Origin: Candidatus Omnitrophota bacterium
GTDB taxonomy: Bacteria; Omnitrophota; Gorgyraeia; Zapsychrales; Zapsychraceae
NCBI GenBank assembly: GCA_016214285.1
Contig: JACROV010000077.1
Location: 1,617-65,616, forward strand
Length of the DNA stretch: 64,000 nucleotides
Direction of reading: 5' to 3'
The first letter of the stretch is position 1, and every line of letters starts with the position of its first letter. The notes below the pieces were generated by a model. That model had not been told where the DNA came from and did no database searches. It saw only the letters and a list, made by a program, of their open reading frames with translations. This document shows positions 48,403-57,265 of the stretch, in pieces. The position numbers and the translations under genes are program-made.

Positions 48403-48672
48403 AGAATGGAGTTATAACCTCCAACAGGATATTTAAAAGCCGAATTGGCCGCGCGCTATTGATCGTTGCCGGTGTTTGCCTTTGGCTGTATTTTGTCTGC
48501 CGATTCCCCGCCGTAAGGTTATTCACGCTTCTTGTTCCGCCCCTGCGAGAGCAACGCTTGTTTTTGTTAGCAGAAACGTAAAAATAGTGGAGAAAACGCT
48601 GGAACGTCAGGAAATGCCTGTGTTACAATGCCATTATATTAGTATAATTTTATTTATTAGTTGACCTTCTTT

Positions 48673-51600
48673 ATGCGAAAATTAAAACAAGAACAAATTC
48701 CCCGGATCAAAATTCGCCGGGTGATACTCTTTTTTATTTTTTGTGGATACTCCTGCCTATTTTCCCACTCCGTAGTCGGAGCTGATACAGGGAAAAAGAT
48801 TAAAACTCATCCCAACACGGTCCCAAATTTCCTGCGGAGCACCGAAGATTTAAAAGCGAAAGCTGAAGCATATAATAAGGAGGCCATCGCTTTGTTCGAA
48901 GAAGGTCGTTACGCCGAAGCCCAAGAATTGTGGGAAAAGGCCATTAAGCTCATGGAGCATCCCCTGGCCCGGCACATCGATTTTGAAGCAGTGAGTGAGG
49001 AACAACCATTTGTCGAAGTTCCGGAATTTCCGGCCACCAACGGTGAATCGCTGGAAGCTTCGCCGATCGCCGAGCAGTATCAAGCGGGACTGGCGTTGCT
49101 GGAACAGAAGGAATATGGCGAGGCCAGAAAAATATTTCAGGAAATCGACGCCACGCAGCCCGGTTACCGAAATACAAAGAGATATTTGATCGTGACCGAT
49201 GAGTTGTTGCGCGAGGAAGATCTGTCAGGTGAACAAGGGCAGATGAGTGATGAAGGTATCGTTAAGATCACGGCGGATCAAGAGGAGCCCCCTGAAATAG
49301 CACCGGAACCCCAAGGCGTGGATGCCGAACCGGAATTTGATCGCCGCGGGGAAGAAACGCGATGGGAAGAGGCTGTGAGTGCGGCGGAGCAAAAGTTGTT
49401 GGATCAGATCGCGGAAAAGGTCGAACCGGTCTATCAAAGAGCGCTTCAGCAATATAAAAATAAGGATTATACCGAAGCGCGGCGTAGTTTTGAAGAGGTG
49501 CAGGTCCTTTCTCCCGATTATAAATTGACGGCAAAATATTTGGACGGCATCGATGATGACATTCTCTACGCCCGGCAACAGAAAGAAGAGGAGCAGCGGC
49601 TGGCCGAAGAGCGCTCGCGGCGGCAGGATGAATTGGAGTTTCGAAAGACCATCGCGGCGAAGGAAGCGGCTTATCGAAAAGAATTGACGGGCCAAGCGGA
49701 GCAAATTTATCAACAAGCCATCGAAGATTTCAAGAACAGAAGGTTCGAGGAAGCGGAGGATAATTTTCGTAAAGTTGAGACCATGGCCTCCGGATATAAG
49801 TTGACCGGCAAATATTTGGAACGCATTCAAGATGCCCACAATGATGAGGCGCGCTTGCAGGCGGAAGAAGATTCGCGGCGACAGGCGCTTATGCAGCACA
49901 ACGAAGAGGAAGACATGAAGCGTACGATCGCGGAGAGCGAACGGATGCGTCAGCAAGGATTGCGCGAAAAGGCCGAGGATATTTACCAAAAAGCCAGGAC
50001 CGATTATGGCCAGGGAGAAATAGAAAAAGCCCGTGCCGGTTTTGGCGAAGTCGAGCAAATTCTGCCCGGGTATCGTTCTGCGCGCAAATACCTGGCTCTT
50101 ATTGATGATATGGCGAGTGAACAAAAACTGGGATTGAAAGTATCTTCTCAATCTGAAGTGGCAACAGCTTTAACGGAAGAAGCGAAAAGAGCGGTTGTGC
50201 CGGCGTCACGCAAGCGCTTGGAGGCAGAGGAACTTTATCAGCAGGCAAAGGAATCATACAAAAAGCGCGAGTTTGTTAAGGCGAAAGAGCTTTTTGAGAA
50301 GGTGAATACTGTGGTCAGGGACTACCAGGCCACGGAAAAATTTTTGGCAAGGATCGATTCAGATATACAACAGGAAGCGCGCTATCAGCAGGATCTTCAG
50401 CGAAGAGACGCGCAGCGCAGGCGCGGGGAGGAGGAAAAGGCGCTTGAGCAAAAACGCGCGGCGGCGAAAGCGGCCGCGGTTCGACGCCGTCAGGAAACGC
50501 GCGAATTGAAAGAAACGGCCGCGCGTATCAAAAATGATCGCGATAAAATGGTTACCGACAAGATTCAAGAGCTCTACCGGGAGGCGGAATCCGATTATAC
50601 GCACGGTCTTTATGCCTTGGCCAGGGAGCGTTTTAATGAAGTGCAGCGCATTGCCCCCGGATACAGATCCACGAAGGAATATTTGGGGAATATCGCGTAC
50701 GCGTATGGTAGCGAGGCGGCGGTTGAAACGACACCGCTTCCATTGCACCTTGAGCAGGAAGTATCGCCGGTGCTTGCACCAGCCTCAGTTCCGGTAGTTC
50801 AGGAGAAGATTGTCATCCCTGCTGATGAAATTACAACGCCAAAAGTGGCGGAGCCCGATGATGAGGTCTCTGCGGACTATGACACGGGCATCCTTTTATT
50901 TAAGCGAAAACAATACGTTCGCGCCCGTGAGAAGCTCGATCACGTTGTTCAGGCGGCTCCCGGTTATAAATCAACGTCTGAATATTTGAGCCGTATCGAT
51001 TCTCGGTTGCAAGAAGAACAACAACGACAGCTCGAAAAGCAACAGCAGGCTTTGGCGCGTGCCATCCGCAAGGAAAAGAAGGCTAAGAAAGCTGTACCTC
51101 CCGAGGTTGTTCAACAGACGGTCAGCGAAGCGCAAAAGCCGGAGCCCGAGGGGATGGTAGCGGCGCCGGTCGAGGTCATTGCGAAAGAGGATCCGGACAG
51201 AGAACTTCATGTGAAGGCGCAGGAACTGTTCCAGGAGGCGGAGCGGTTATACGCGTCCCAGCAATACGTTCGCGCCCGTGAGAAATTTTTGGAAATCGAA
51301 GGTCTGGTTCCAGGATATAAATCAACCGCGAAATATCTGGCGTGGATCGACAGGGATCTGCTTGAGGAACAGAAAAAAACACAGCGCACGAAACAAAAGC
51401 AAGAGAGGGAAGCCGCCAGCCGCGCCGCGAAGGAAAAGGCGGCGCAGGCGGTAGCCCAGAAAAAACAATTTAGAATACAACGGGAGGAAGAAAAAACGCA
51501 TGAACGGTTGTTAGCACAAACTGGAAAGAAATACGCGCAAGCCTTGGCCGCTTACGCGAAAAAAGATTTCACCAGCGCTAAACAGAAATTCGCCGAAGTG

Positions 51601-53337
51601 GAAAAACTTTCCGCGAATTTTAAGGAAACCGCGCAATATCTGAGCCGTATTGACGCGGATATCGCGGCCCAGAACCAAAAGCCCCAAGAGGTGGGCGCGG
51701 CCCCGATTTATGTCCAGCCGCAGGGTATCGCAGCAAAGGAACAGACCCGCAAAAAAGCCGAAGAGCTTTTTCGAGAGGCAGTACGATTGTACGCGTCTCA
51801 GAAATTTGTTCCTGCCCGCGAAAAATTCCTGGAAGTCGATGGCCTTGTGCCGGACTACAAATCAGCTAGAAAATATTTGATACGGATCGACCAGTCCATG
51901 CTGGAGGAACAGAAGAAGTCCCGGCGCGCGGAAGAAAAGCAAGAACGAGAAGCCGCCAGCCGCGCCGCGAAGGAAAAAACGGCGGAGAAAATGGCCGAGA
52001 AAAATCAGCTAAATATTCAAAAAGCGGAGGAAAAGAAACGCGCGCGTTTATTAGCGCAGGCTGAAAAGAAATACGCGCAAGCCCTGGCCGCTTACGCGAA
52101 AAAAGATTTCATCAGCGCTAAACAGAAATTCGCCGGAGTGGAAAAACTTTCCGCGAATTTTAAGGAAACCACGCAATATCTGAGCCGTATTGACGCGGAT
52201 ATCGCGGCCCAGAACCAAAAGCCCCAAGAGGTGGGCGCGGCCCCGATTTATGTCCAGCCGCAGGGTATCGCAGCAAAGGAGCAGACCCGCAAAAAAGCCG
52301 GAGAGCTTTTTCGAGAGGCAGTACGATTGTACGCGTCTCAGAAATTTGTTCCTGCCCGTGAGAAATTTCAGGAAGTCGAGAAGTTGGTGCTGGGATATAA
52401 AACAACGGGAAAATATATTGCATTGACCGACCGGGCTATTTTGCGACAGCAGGAGGAAGGATCGCAGGCAAAAAAAACTCACGATGCGCGCAACGCCCGT
52501 CTTGAAGCGGACGCGCAAAAGGTTCGTGAAAAGGCAGAACAGGTCAATCAGGCGAGGGAAAACAAGCAAGTAAAGCAGCTTATTTCGCGGATGGAAAAAG
52601 GGGCGGTCACGGCGGGCAATCGAGGTCAATGGGGTGCCGCAGCGCAGAAATTATCCCGCGTGGAAGATCTTTTAAAGGGCGAGTCTGTGAGCGCGGCTGA
52701 TAAAGAGCAAACCGCGCGCCGTCTTGTCAGTTTGCGGGAACGCATTGTGACTGGACGAGGGGAAGTGCAACAACGGCAGTTGGCGAAAGAACAGGAAATA
52801 AAACAAAGGCAAGATGCGCGCGCTGCCCTTTTGGAAGCGGATGAGCAAAGGGAACGTGAAAGGGTTGAAAAAGCCCGTCAAGAGAATGAACGAAAACAGC
52901 AGGCGCGCGCTAAACGGGTTCCTGCCGCCGCGCCTGCAGTGAAATCGGCCTGGGTCGACCCGCCTGATTTCAACGCTTTTGAACTCACCGACGATGTCGG
53001 GGTATTACGTAGGCAATATGCCAAGATCCAAAAGCAAAGAAAAGGCGTCCAGGCCGCCATCCGGCTCAGGCTTGATCAAACTTATGCCCGGGCCGTTCGA
53101 TTGTATAATCAAGGATATTATGCGGGCGCAAGAAATTTGTTCCAGGAAATAGCCGAAATACAATCGTCATTTAAGGGAACCAAAAACTATCTTGCTCAAA
53201 TCGATCAAAAGCTTGCGAAATTGCCGGCATCCGCTATTATGCCGGGCAAGGGGATCGAAGCCCCGTCGGTATATGTCAAGCCGCGAGCGCGGGTCGTCAC
53301 CGACGCGCTTGATAGTCTAGAGGCGCCGCGGCAATGA
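48673..53337 (+). CDS. Giant (1554 aa) exported or anchored modular repeat protein: about 14 TPR-like modules of about 48 aa separated by E/K/R/Q-rich coiled-coil linkers
   Basis: This is a single uninterrupted ORF with an N-terminal hydrophobic segment VILFFIFCGYSCLFSHSVVGA. The recurring module is (A/E)xx(Y/F)xxAxxx(Y/F)xxxx(Y/F)xxAxxxFxE(V/I)xxxxP(G/D)Y(K/R)x(T/A)xxYLxxID. I prefer the ATG at 48673 to the TTG at 48661. Confidence 0.85.
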   Translation: MRKLKQEQIPRIKIRRVILFFIFCGYSCLFSHSVVGADTGKKIKTHPNTVPNFLRSTEDLKAKAEAYNKEAIALFEEGRYAEAQELWEKAIKLMEHPLARHIDFEAVSEEQPFVEVPEFPATNGESLEASPIAEQYQAGLALLEQKEYGEARKIFQEIDATQPGYRNTKRYLIVTDELLREEDLSGEQGQMSDEGIVKITADQEEPPEIAPEPQGVDAEPEFDRRGEETRWEEAVSAAEQKLLDQIAEKVEPVYQRALQQYKNKDYTEARRSFEEVQVLSPDYKLTAKYLDGIDDDILYARQQKEEEQRLAEERSRRQDELEFRKTIAAKEAAYRKELTGQAEQIYQQAIEDFKNRRFEEAEDNFRKVETMASGYKLTGKYLERIQDAHNDEARLQAEEDSRRQALMQHNEEEDMKRTIAESERMRQQGLREKAEDIYQKARTDYGQGEIEKARAGFGEVEQILPGYRSARKYLALIDDMASEQKLGLKVSSQSEVATALTEEAKRAVVPASRKRLEAEELYQQAKESYKKREFVKAKELFEKVNTVVRDYQATEKFLARIDSDIQQEARYQQDLQRRDAQRRRGEEEKALEQKRAAAKAAAVRRRQETRELKETAARIKNDRDKMVTDKIQELYREAESDYTHGLYALARERFNEVQRIAPGYRSTKEYLGNIAYAYGSEAAVETTPLPLHLEQEVSPVLAPASVPVVQEKIVIPADEITTPKVAEPDDEVSADYDTGILLFKRKQYVRAREKLDHVVQAAPGYKSTSEYLSRIDSRLQEEQQRQLEKQQQALARAIRKEKKAKKAVPPEVVQQTVSEAQKPEPEGMVAAPVEVIAKEDPDRELHVKAQELFQEAERLYASQQYVRAREKFLEIEGLVPGYKSTAKYLAWIDRDLLEEQKKTQRTKQKQEREAASRAAKEKAAQAVAQKKQFRIQREEEKTHERLLAQTGKKYAQALAAYAKKDFTSAKQKFAEVEKLSANFKETAQYLSRIDADIAAQNQKPQEVGAAPIYVQPQGIAAKEQTRKKAEELFREAVRLYASQKFVPAREKFLEVDGLVPDYKSARKYLIRIDQSMLEEQKKSRRAEEKQEREAASRAAKEKTAEKMAEKNQLNIQKAEEKKRARLLAQAEKKYAQALAAYAKKDFISAKQKFAGVEKLSANFKETTQYLSRIDADIAAQNQKPQEVGAAPIYVQPQGIAAKEQTRKKAGELFREAVRLYASQKFVPAREKFQEVEKLVLGYKTTGKYIALTDRAILRQQEEGSQAKKTHDARNARLEADAQKVREKAEQVNQARENKQVKQLISRMEKGAVTAGNRGQWGAAAQKLSRVEDLLKGESVSAADKEQTARRLVSLRERIVTGRGEVQQRQLAKEQEIKQRQDARAALLEADEQRERERVEKARQENERKQQARAKRVPAAAPAVKSAWVDPPDFNAFELTDDVGVLRRQYAKIQKQRKGVQAAIRLRLDQTYARAVRLYNQGYYAGARNLFQEIAEIQSSFKGTKNYLAQIDQKLAKLPASAIMPGKGIEAPSVYVKPRARVVTDALDSLEAPRQ
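51223..52400 (+). repeat. In-frame tandem duplication, period exactly 540 bp (180 aa), about 2.2 copies, inside the giant gene
   Basis: Landmarks recur at +540. The E-L-F codons lie at 51223, 51763 and 52303. GAAGCCGCCAGCCGCGCCGCGAAGGAAAA occurs at about 51410 and about 51950. AAGAAATACGCGCAAGCC occurs at 51526 and 52066. The stretch 51521-51830 versus 52061-52370 is nearly identical, with only a handful of substitutions. Confidence 0.9.
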
Positions 53338-53700
53338 ACCGCAGTATTTATCGCCGGGTCACGGTTCGGGGAATAATTGTTCTTTGCGGGATGACCGGTC
53401 GCGCCCTGGCTCGTCCGCCTACGGAGATAAAGTCGAAGCTGTTTGTAACAAAGTCGGACGCAAAGAAACCACGTTAGTGATCCCTTGAGCCGGCATTCCC
53501 GCCAGAGCCATTTGCTCCGTGAAAAGAGTCCGTATTTACTGCAACACGCGGCCAATCCTGTGATGGGTATCCGTGGGGGCAGGAGGCGGTTGCCAAGGCT
53601 GTCCAAGAGAACAACCCCATCTTTCTTTATCCATTGGATATTCGTCATGTCACTGGTGTCACGTGATGGCGCACGAGTCCTTTGAAAGCGCGGATGATGA

Positions 53701-55728
53701 ATGATTGTGATGAAGATTTTTAAGACCATAATCTTTAGTTCGCTTGGGTTGATCCTTATTGGCGCCATTGTATTGGCCGTATTTATCGCGACATTCGACA
53801 TTAGTCATTATAAACCCCGGATTATTCAGGAACTTAGTTCCGCGCTGTCGCGAGAAGTCCATATCGATCAGCTGCGTTTGGACTTCAAGTTTGACAAGGG
53901 GTTGACGATCTCCGTCAAGGGGCTCTCGATCTCCGATGATCCGGCGTTTTCACGGGACAAGATATTGGCTGTCGACGCGATCTATCTGAATACGGACATC
54001 CTCGCTTTGATATTCCACCGGCAGATTGCCATCGCGCGGATCGAGATCTCCGGCCCCCACGTTCATCTTGTCCGCAATAAGGACGGCCTGCTCAACGTGC
54101 AGACTTTGTTCGGAAGAAATACGGGTGATAACGGCATCCGGGAAAGCCCACGGGAGAATTCTATTCCCGCGGTCGTACCAACCACGACAGCGGCACACAC
54201 AAATGAAACAAAAGATACAATCGTTATCCCGCCGATGTTGATCCGCGCCGTGCGCGTCGAAAACGGCGCCTTAACTTTTGTCGACGAGTCGCTTGAACCG
54301 TCTTTAACCGTCCCGTTACAACAGATCGATTTTCAGGCCACCCGGTTATCGTTGGAAAAGCCGTTTCCGTTTGAGGTCAAGGCCCGGCTTTGGGCGGATC
54401 AACAGAACATCATGGTTAATGGGGAAATCGCGCTGGATATCAAAAACAACCGGGTGAATTTACAAAAGGTAAGATTGGAGACAGATCTTTCTTTATTACG
54501 TTTGCGAACGATGCCGTTTTATGGGGTTCTCAAAGAGCAGCTGTTACTGGAAGGGGACATTGACGGGAAATTGGTTTTGCCGGACATCGCGCTGCGGGCA
54601 GATCACAATGGCCTTGCCGCGTTTTCGGTCAATGGTGAGCTGACCGGTGGAAGAATAAGTTCAGAGCTGCTTAAAAAACCTCTCGAAGATATCCATGGGC
54701 GCTTTCATGCCGATGAATCGAATATCGCCATCAATGAATTGGCTGCCGCCTATGCGTCCGGAACGATTAGCGGGCAAGGACGCTGGAGCGACTATGGACG
54801 GTCCAACATGCTTATGTTCGACCTTAAAGTCGATGGTGTGCAGTTGGGAGAGTTGATCCCGCGCGCGAGTATGCCGGTTTTATCGGATACGGGTAAACCC
54901 TTGGGAGTGGAGGGCGGGATCTCCGCCGTTTTTGACGCGGAGGGACATGGCGCGCAGATCCCCGAATTGCGCGAAGCACTTCAAGGCGATGGTTCCGTGG
55001 AAATACGCGGCGGAAAATTGTTAAACATCAATCTGCTGCGGTTCGTGCTGGAGAAATTATCTTTTATCCCGGACATTGTCCAGAAAGTCGAAGCGAACTT
55101 GCCGCAACGCTACAAGAATGGGCTGAAATCGCCGGCAGGCTCTTCCCCTCAGGCCGAGAGGCTCCCTGCGGGAGGAACCTCTGGCCTTGGGGAGGAAGAA
55201 ACCGTCCTGGAGCGGGTCGTTTTAACGGCCAAATTTAAGGACCAGGCTTTATTTTTTAACGGGGAAGTTCAGGCCGATGGTTTTGCCATAACTGCCAGCG
55301 GCAATTTGGATCTTGATCAGACCATCGCGTTAGCGGCTGATTTTTTCATCCAGGAAGATCTTGCCGCCAGCATGATCGCGTCCGTTCCCGAGTTATCTTA
55401 TTTGTCGGATACGAGCGGAAGAATTCATATTCCATTCAAGCCATACCATGGAAAGTTTCAAAATATAGTTCTGTATCCGGATGTGGAAGAATTAGCCAAG
55501 AAAGTTCTGCAAAATCGCGGTAAAGAAGAACTGAAAAGAGCCATCTTCCGCGCGCTTGACATTGAAGAAACTCCCGCTAACCCCTCCCAAAGGGAGCCTG
55601 CCGGGCAACAGACACCAGGAGAAGCACCCCCGCAAGGTGAAGAAACTCCGCAGAAAGAGACCAAGCCGGAGAAAATCCTCATTGACGGCATTTTTGACGC
55701 CATTTTTAAGGGCAAAGAAACGCCTTGA
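53701..55728 (+). CDS. asmA: AsmA-family protein (outer-membrane biogenesis / lipid-transfer-like)
   Basis: There is an N-terminal anchor followed by the AsmA signature region [30 protein letters not shown]...LSISD...V. The body is long and beta-rich. The C-terminal tail is P/E/Q-rich and low complexity. Confidence 0.82.
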   Translation: MIVMKIFKTIIFSSLGLILIGAIVLAVFIATFDISHYKPRIIQELSSALSREVHIDQLRLDFKFDKGLTISVKGLSISDDPAFSRDKILAVDAIYLNTDILALIFHRQIAIARIEISGPHVHLVRNKDGLLNVQTLFGRNTGDNGIRESPRENSIPAVVPTTTAAHTNETKDTIVIPPMLIRAVRVENGALTFVDESLEPSLTVPLQQIDFQATRLSLEKPFPFEVKARLWADQQNIMVNGEIALDIKNNRVNLQKVRLETDLSLLRLRTMPFYGVLKEQLLLEGDIDGKLVLPDIALRADHNGLAAFSVNGELTGGRISSELLKKPLEDIHGRFHADESNIAINELAAAYASGTISGQGRWSDYGRSNMLMFDLKVDGVQLGELIPRASMPVLSDTGKPLGVEGGISAVFDAEGHGAQIPELREALQGDGSVEIRGGKLLNINLLRFVLEKLSFIPDIVQKVEANLPQRYKNGLKSPAGSSPQAERLPAGGTSGLGEEETVLERVVLTAKFKDQALFFNGEVQADGFAITASGNLDLDQTIALAADFFIQEDLAASMIASVPELSYLSDTSGRIHIPFKPYHGKFQNIVLYPDVEELAKKVLQNRGKEELKRAIFRALDIEETPANPSQREPAGQQTPGEAPPQGEETPQKETKPEKILIDGIFDAIFKGKETP

Positions 55729-55813
55729 AAATTTCTTGTAATTGTCCGCAGTTGTTTATAAACTACGGGAAATAGGCGGGGTCCATAATCTTTGGATTCA
55801 CCTAAACTAAAGT

Positions 55814-56530
55814 ATGCAAAAAAATTTGGTCAGAATGTGGAAGATCAACCGTGCGTTCAGTGTACTGCTGGCCACGGGGGTGATTGGCTTGATCGGATAT
55901 GCGGTGTGGCTGGGTGGGATCATTCTTCAAGATGTTTCCCAATCTAATAAGGGACTTTTGGCCACCGCCACCCAACAAGCTGATCTAACGAGAGAATATC
56001 AAAGATTTTACGCAGATACCACCCATCGGCTGGCTGATGTGACCTTGGAATTGAACCAGACAACGGCGCTTTATGCGGACACCACACGTCAGTTGGCGGA
56101 CGTGACCCTAGGATTAAACCAGACAACAGCGCTTTATCAGGAAAGTCAGAAATCTTTACAGGCCACTCAGCAGGAATTAGCCGGGGTTAAATCTGTCTTG
56201 TCGCAAACAGAAAGTCTTCTTGCCGCGGCACAAGCGAAAAATGTTAAGGCGGAACAGCAGGCAGTCGCTACGGGGAGTCAAGCAGGGCAAGCGTCCGCCG
56301 CGCTGATCAACCAGTTCAAATACGAAAACCACTTGGCCAAGATTTCCGCTCTCGCGGAACGTGACCGCGTGCGGTTGATGTCTGGCAATCAGGGGTATTT
56401 CATGAAAAGCGGCCAGTCAGTTCAGGTCGATACGCGTCAATACCAGGCCGCCAGTTTTGACGCGCTCTCACCCGAAAAAACTCCCAATCCCGATTCCAAA
56501 GTCCGTGTAAATGTAACCGTTTTTCAATAA
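55814..56530 (+). CDS. Hypothetical membrane-anchored coiled-coil protein
   Basis: An N-terminal TM segment (AFSVLLATGVIGLIGYAVWLGGIIL) is followed by a Q/A/L/T-rich helical region with a tandem 21-aa repeat. I recognised no family. Confidence 0.6.
   Translation: MQKNLVRMWKINRAFSVLLATGVIGLIGYAVWLGGIILQDVSQSNKGLLATATQQADLTREYQRFYADTTHRLADVTLELNQTTALYADTTRQLADVTLGLNQTTALYQESQKSLQATQQELAGVKSVLSQTESLLAAAQAKNVKAEQQAVATGSQAGQASAALINQFKYENHLAKISALAERDRVRLMSGNQGYFMKSGQSVQVDTRQYQAASFDALSPEKTPNPDSKVRVNVTVFQ
56009..56134 (+). repeat. 2 x 63-bp in-frame tandem repeat
   Basis: YADTTHRLADVTLELNQTTAL (56009-56071) is followed by YADTTRQLADVTLGLNQTTAL (56072-56134). Confidence 0.9.
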
Positions 56531-56794
56531 TTGCCAAACATCGGTCAAACCCGTTTTCAGGTTGTCCATCCCGTGAAGATTGAAGTTAAAGTCATCCCAT
56601 CTGCGAAAAAGAATGCTATCACTCAGGAAGGTCAGCGTTATAAGATTCATCTGAACGCGCCAGCTGTGGATGGAAAAGCCAATGAAGCTCTTGTCAAGTT
56701 TCTGGCCGAACACTTTCAGGTGCGTAAAAATCAAATTGAGATTACAAAAGGATTGAAATCCCGCCATAAAGTTATTATCATAAGTGATATTTAA
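56531..56794 (+). CDS. DUF167 / YggU-family protein
   Basis: KIEVKVIPSAKKNAI...IHLNAPAVDGKANEALVKFLAEHFQVRKNQIEITKGLKSRHKVIII parallels E. coli YggU (APPVDGQANSHLVKFL...G..GRHK). The real start may be the GTG at 56573. Confidence 0.8.
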   Translation: MPNIGQTRFQVVHPVKIEVKVIPSAKKNAITQEGQRYKIHLNAPAVDGKANEALVKFLAEHFQVRKNQIEITKGLKSRHKVIIISDI

Positions 56795-56800
56795 AAGTCA

Positions 56801-57265
56801 ATGGAGGTAACGTCTATGCTCGAAGATCAGTTGCAAAAAGACTATATCCAGGCAATGAAAGACCGCGATACGGTTAAGTCTTCCACCGTGAATTTCTTGC
56901 GGGCGCAACTCAAGAACGTCCGCATTGAGAAACGAAGCGAAACTTTGGAGGACAAGGATGTCGTCGCGGTCATCAAAAAGCAGATCAAACAGCGCCAGGA
57001 CTCGATCGAACAGTATGAAAAAGGCGGACGCAGGGACCTGGCCGATAAGGAAACTGCCGAGATGGCGATCCTGAAAAGTTATTTGCCTGAGGAGTTATCC
57101 GAACAGGCGTTGCAGCAATTTATCGAGCAAGCAATCCGCGAAACGGGCGCGCAATCCATGAAGGATATGGGCAGCGTGATCAAAGCCGTTGCCGCCAAAG
57201 CGCAGGGCAGGGCCGATAATCGGGTGGTGAGCGAACTAGTCAAAAAGGCTTTGGCTGGAAAATGA
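56801..57265 (+). CDS. yqeY: GatB/YqeY-domain protein
   Basis: LQKDYIQAMKDRDTVKSSTVNFLRAQLKNVRIEKR and EMAILKSYLPEELSE are present in a 154-aa protein. Confidence 0.85.
   Translation: MEVTSMLEDQLQKDYIQAMKDRDTVKSSTVNFLRAQLKNVRIEKRSETLEDKDVVAVIKKQIKQRQDSIEQYEKGGRRDLADKETAEMAILKSYLPEELSEQALQQFIEQAIRETGAQSMKDMGSVIKAVAAKAQGRADNRVVSELVKKALAGK

Noticed and set aside
51223-52400. The 540-bp and 63-bp repeats as CRISPR-like or non-coding satellite repeats.
   Set aside because: Both are in frame within long ORFs, have periods that are multiples of 3, and encode the same protein modules as the surrounding sequence.
49225-52629. Long minus-strand ORFs (49225..50151 at 308 aa, 50359..50748, 52051..52629) inside the giant gene.
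   Set aside because: They are antisense to a 4.6-kb uninterrupted ORF with clear periodic protein modules. Their translations are Leu/Phe/Arg-rich mirror images typical of the antisense of Glu/Lys/Ala-rich coding sequence.
53338-53700. RNase P RNA, tmRNA, SRP RNA or 6S RNA in the 363-bp spacer. The size is right for RNase P, and there are loose resemblances such as GAGAUAAAGUCGAAGCU and, on the minus strand, GGGAAUGCCGGCUCAAGGG and CGGAGCAA.
   Set aside because: The universally conserved RNase P blocks (GGAAAGUCCGGGCU and ACAGAACCCGGCUUA) are not present with correct spacing or P4 complementarity on either strand. There is no tRNA-like end or tag ORF for tmRNA and no SRP GGAA/AGCA motif. The region is kept only as an unexplained spacer.
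53205-53801. 198-aa minus-strand ORF and 66-aa plus-strand ORF (53485..53685) across the spacer.
   Set aside because: The minus ORF overlaps the ends of both flanking genes and has a low-complexity Arg/Ser/Cys-rich translation. The plus ORF is Arg-rich with no start context. Neither looks like a real protein.
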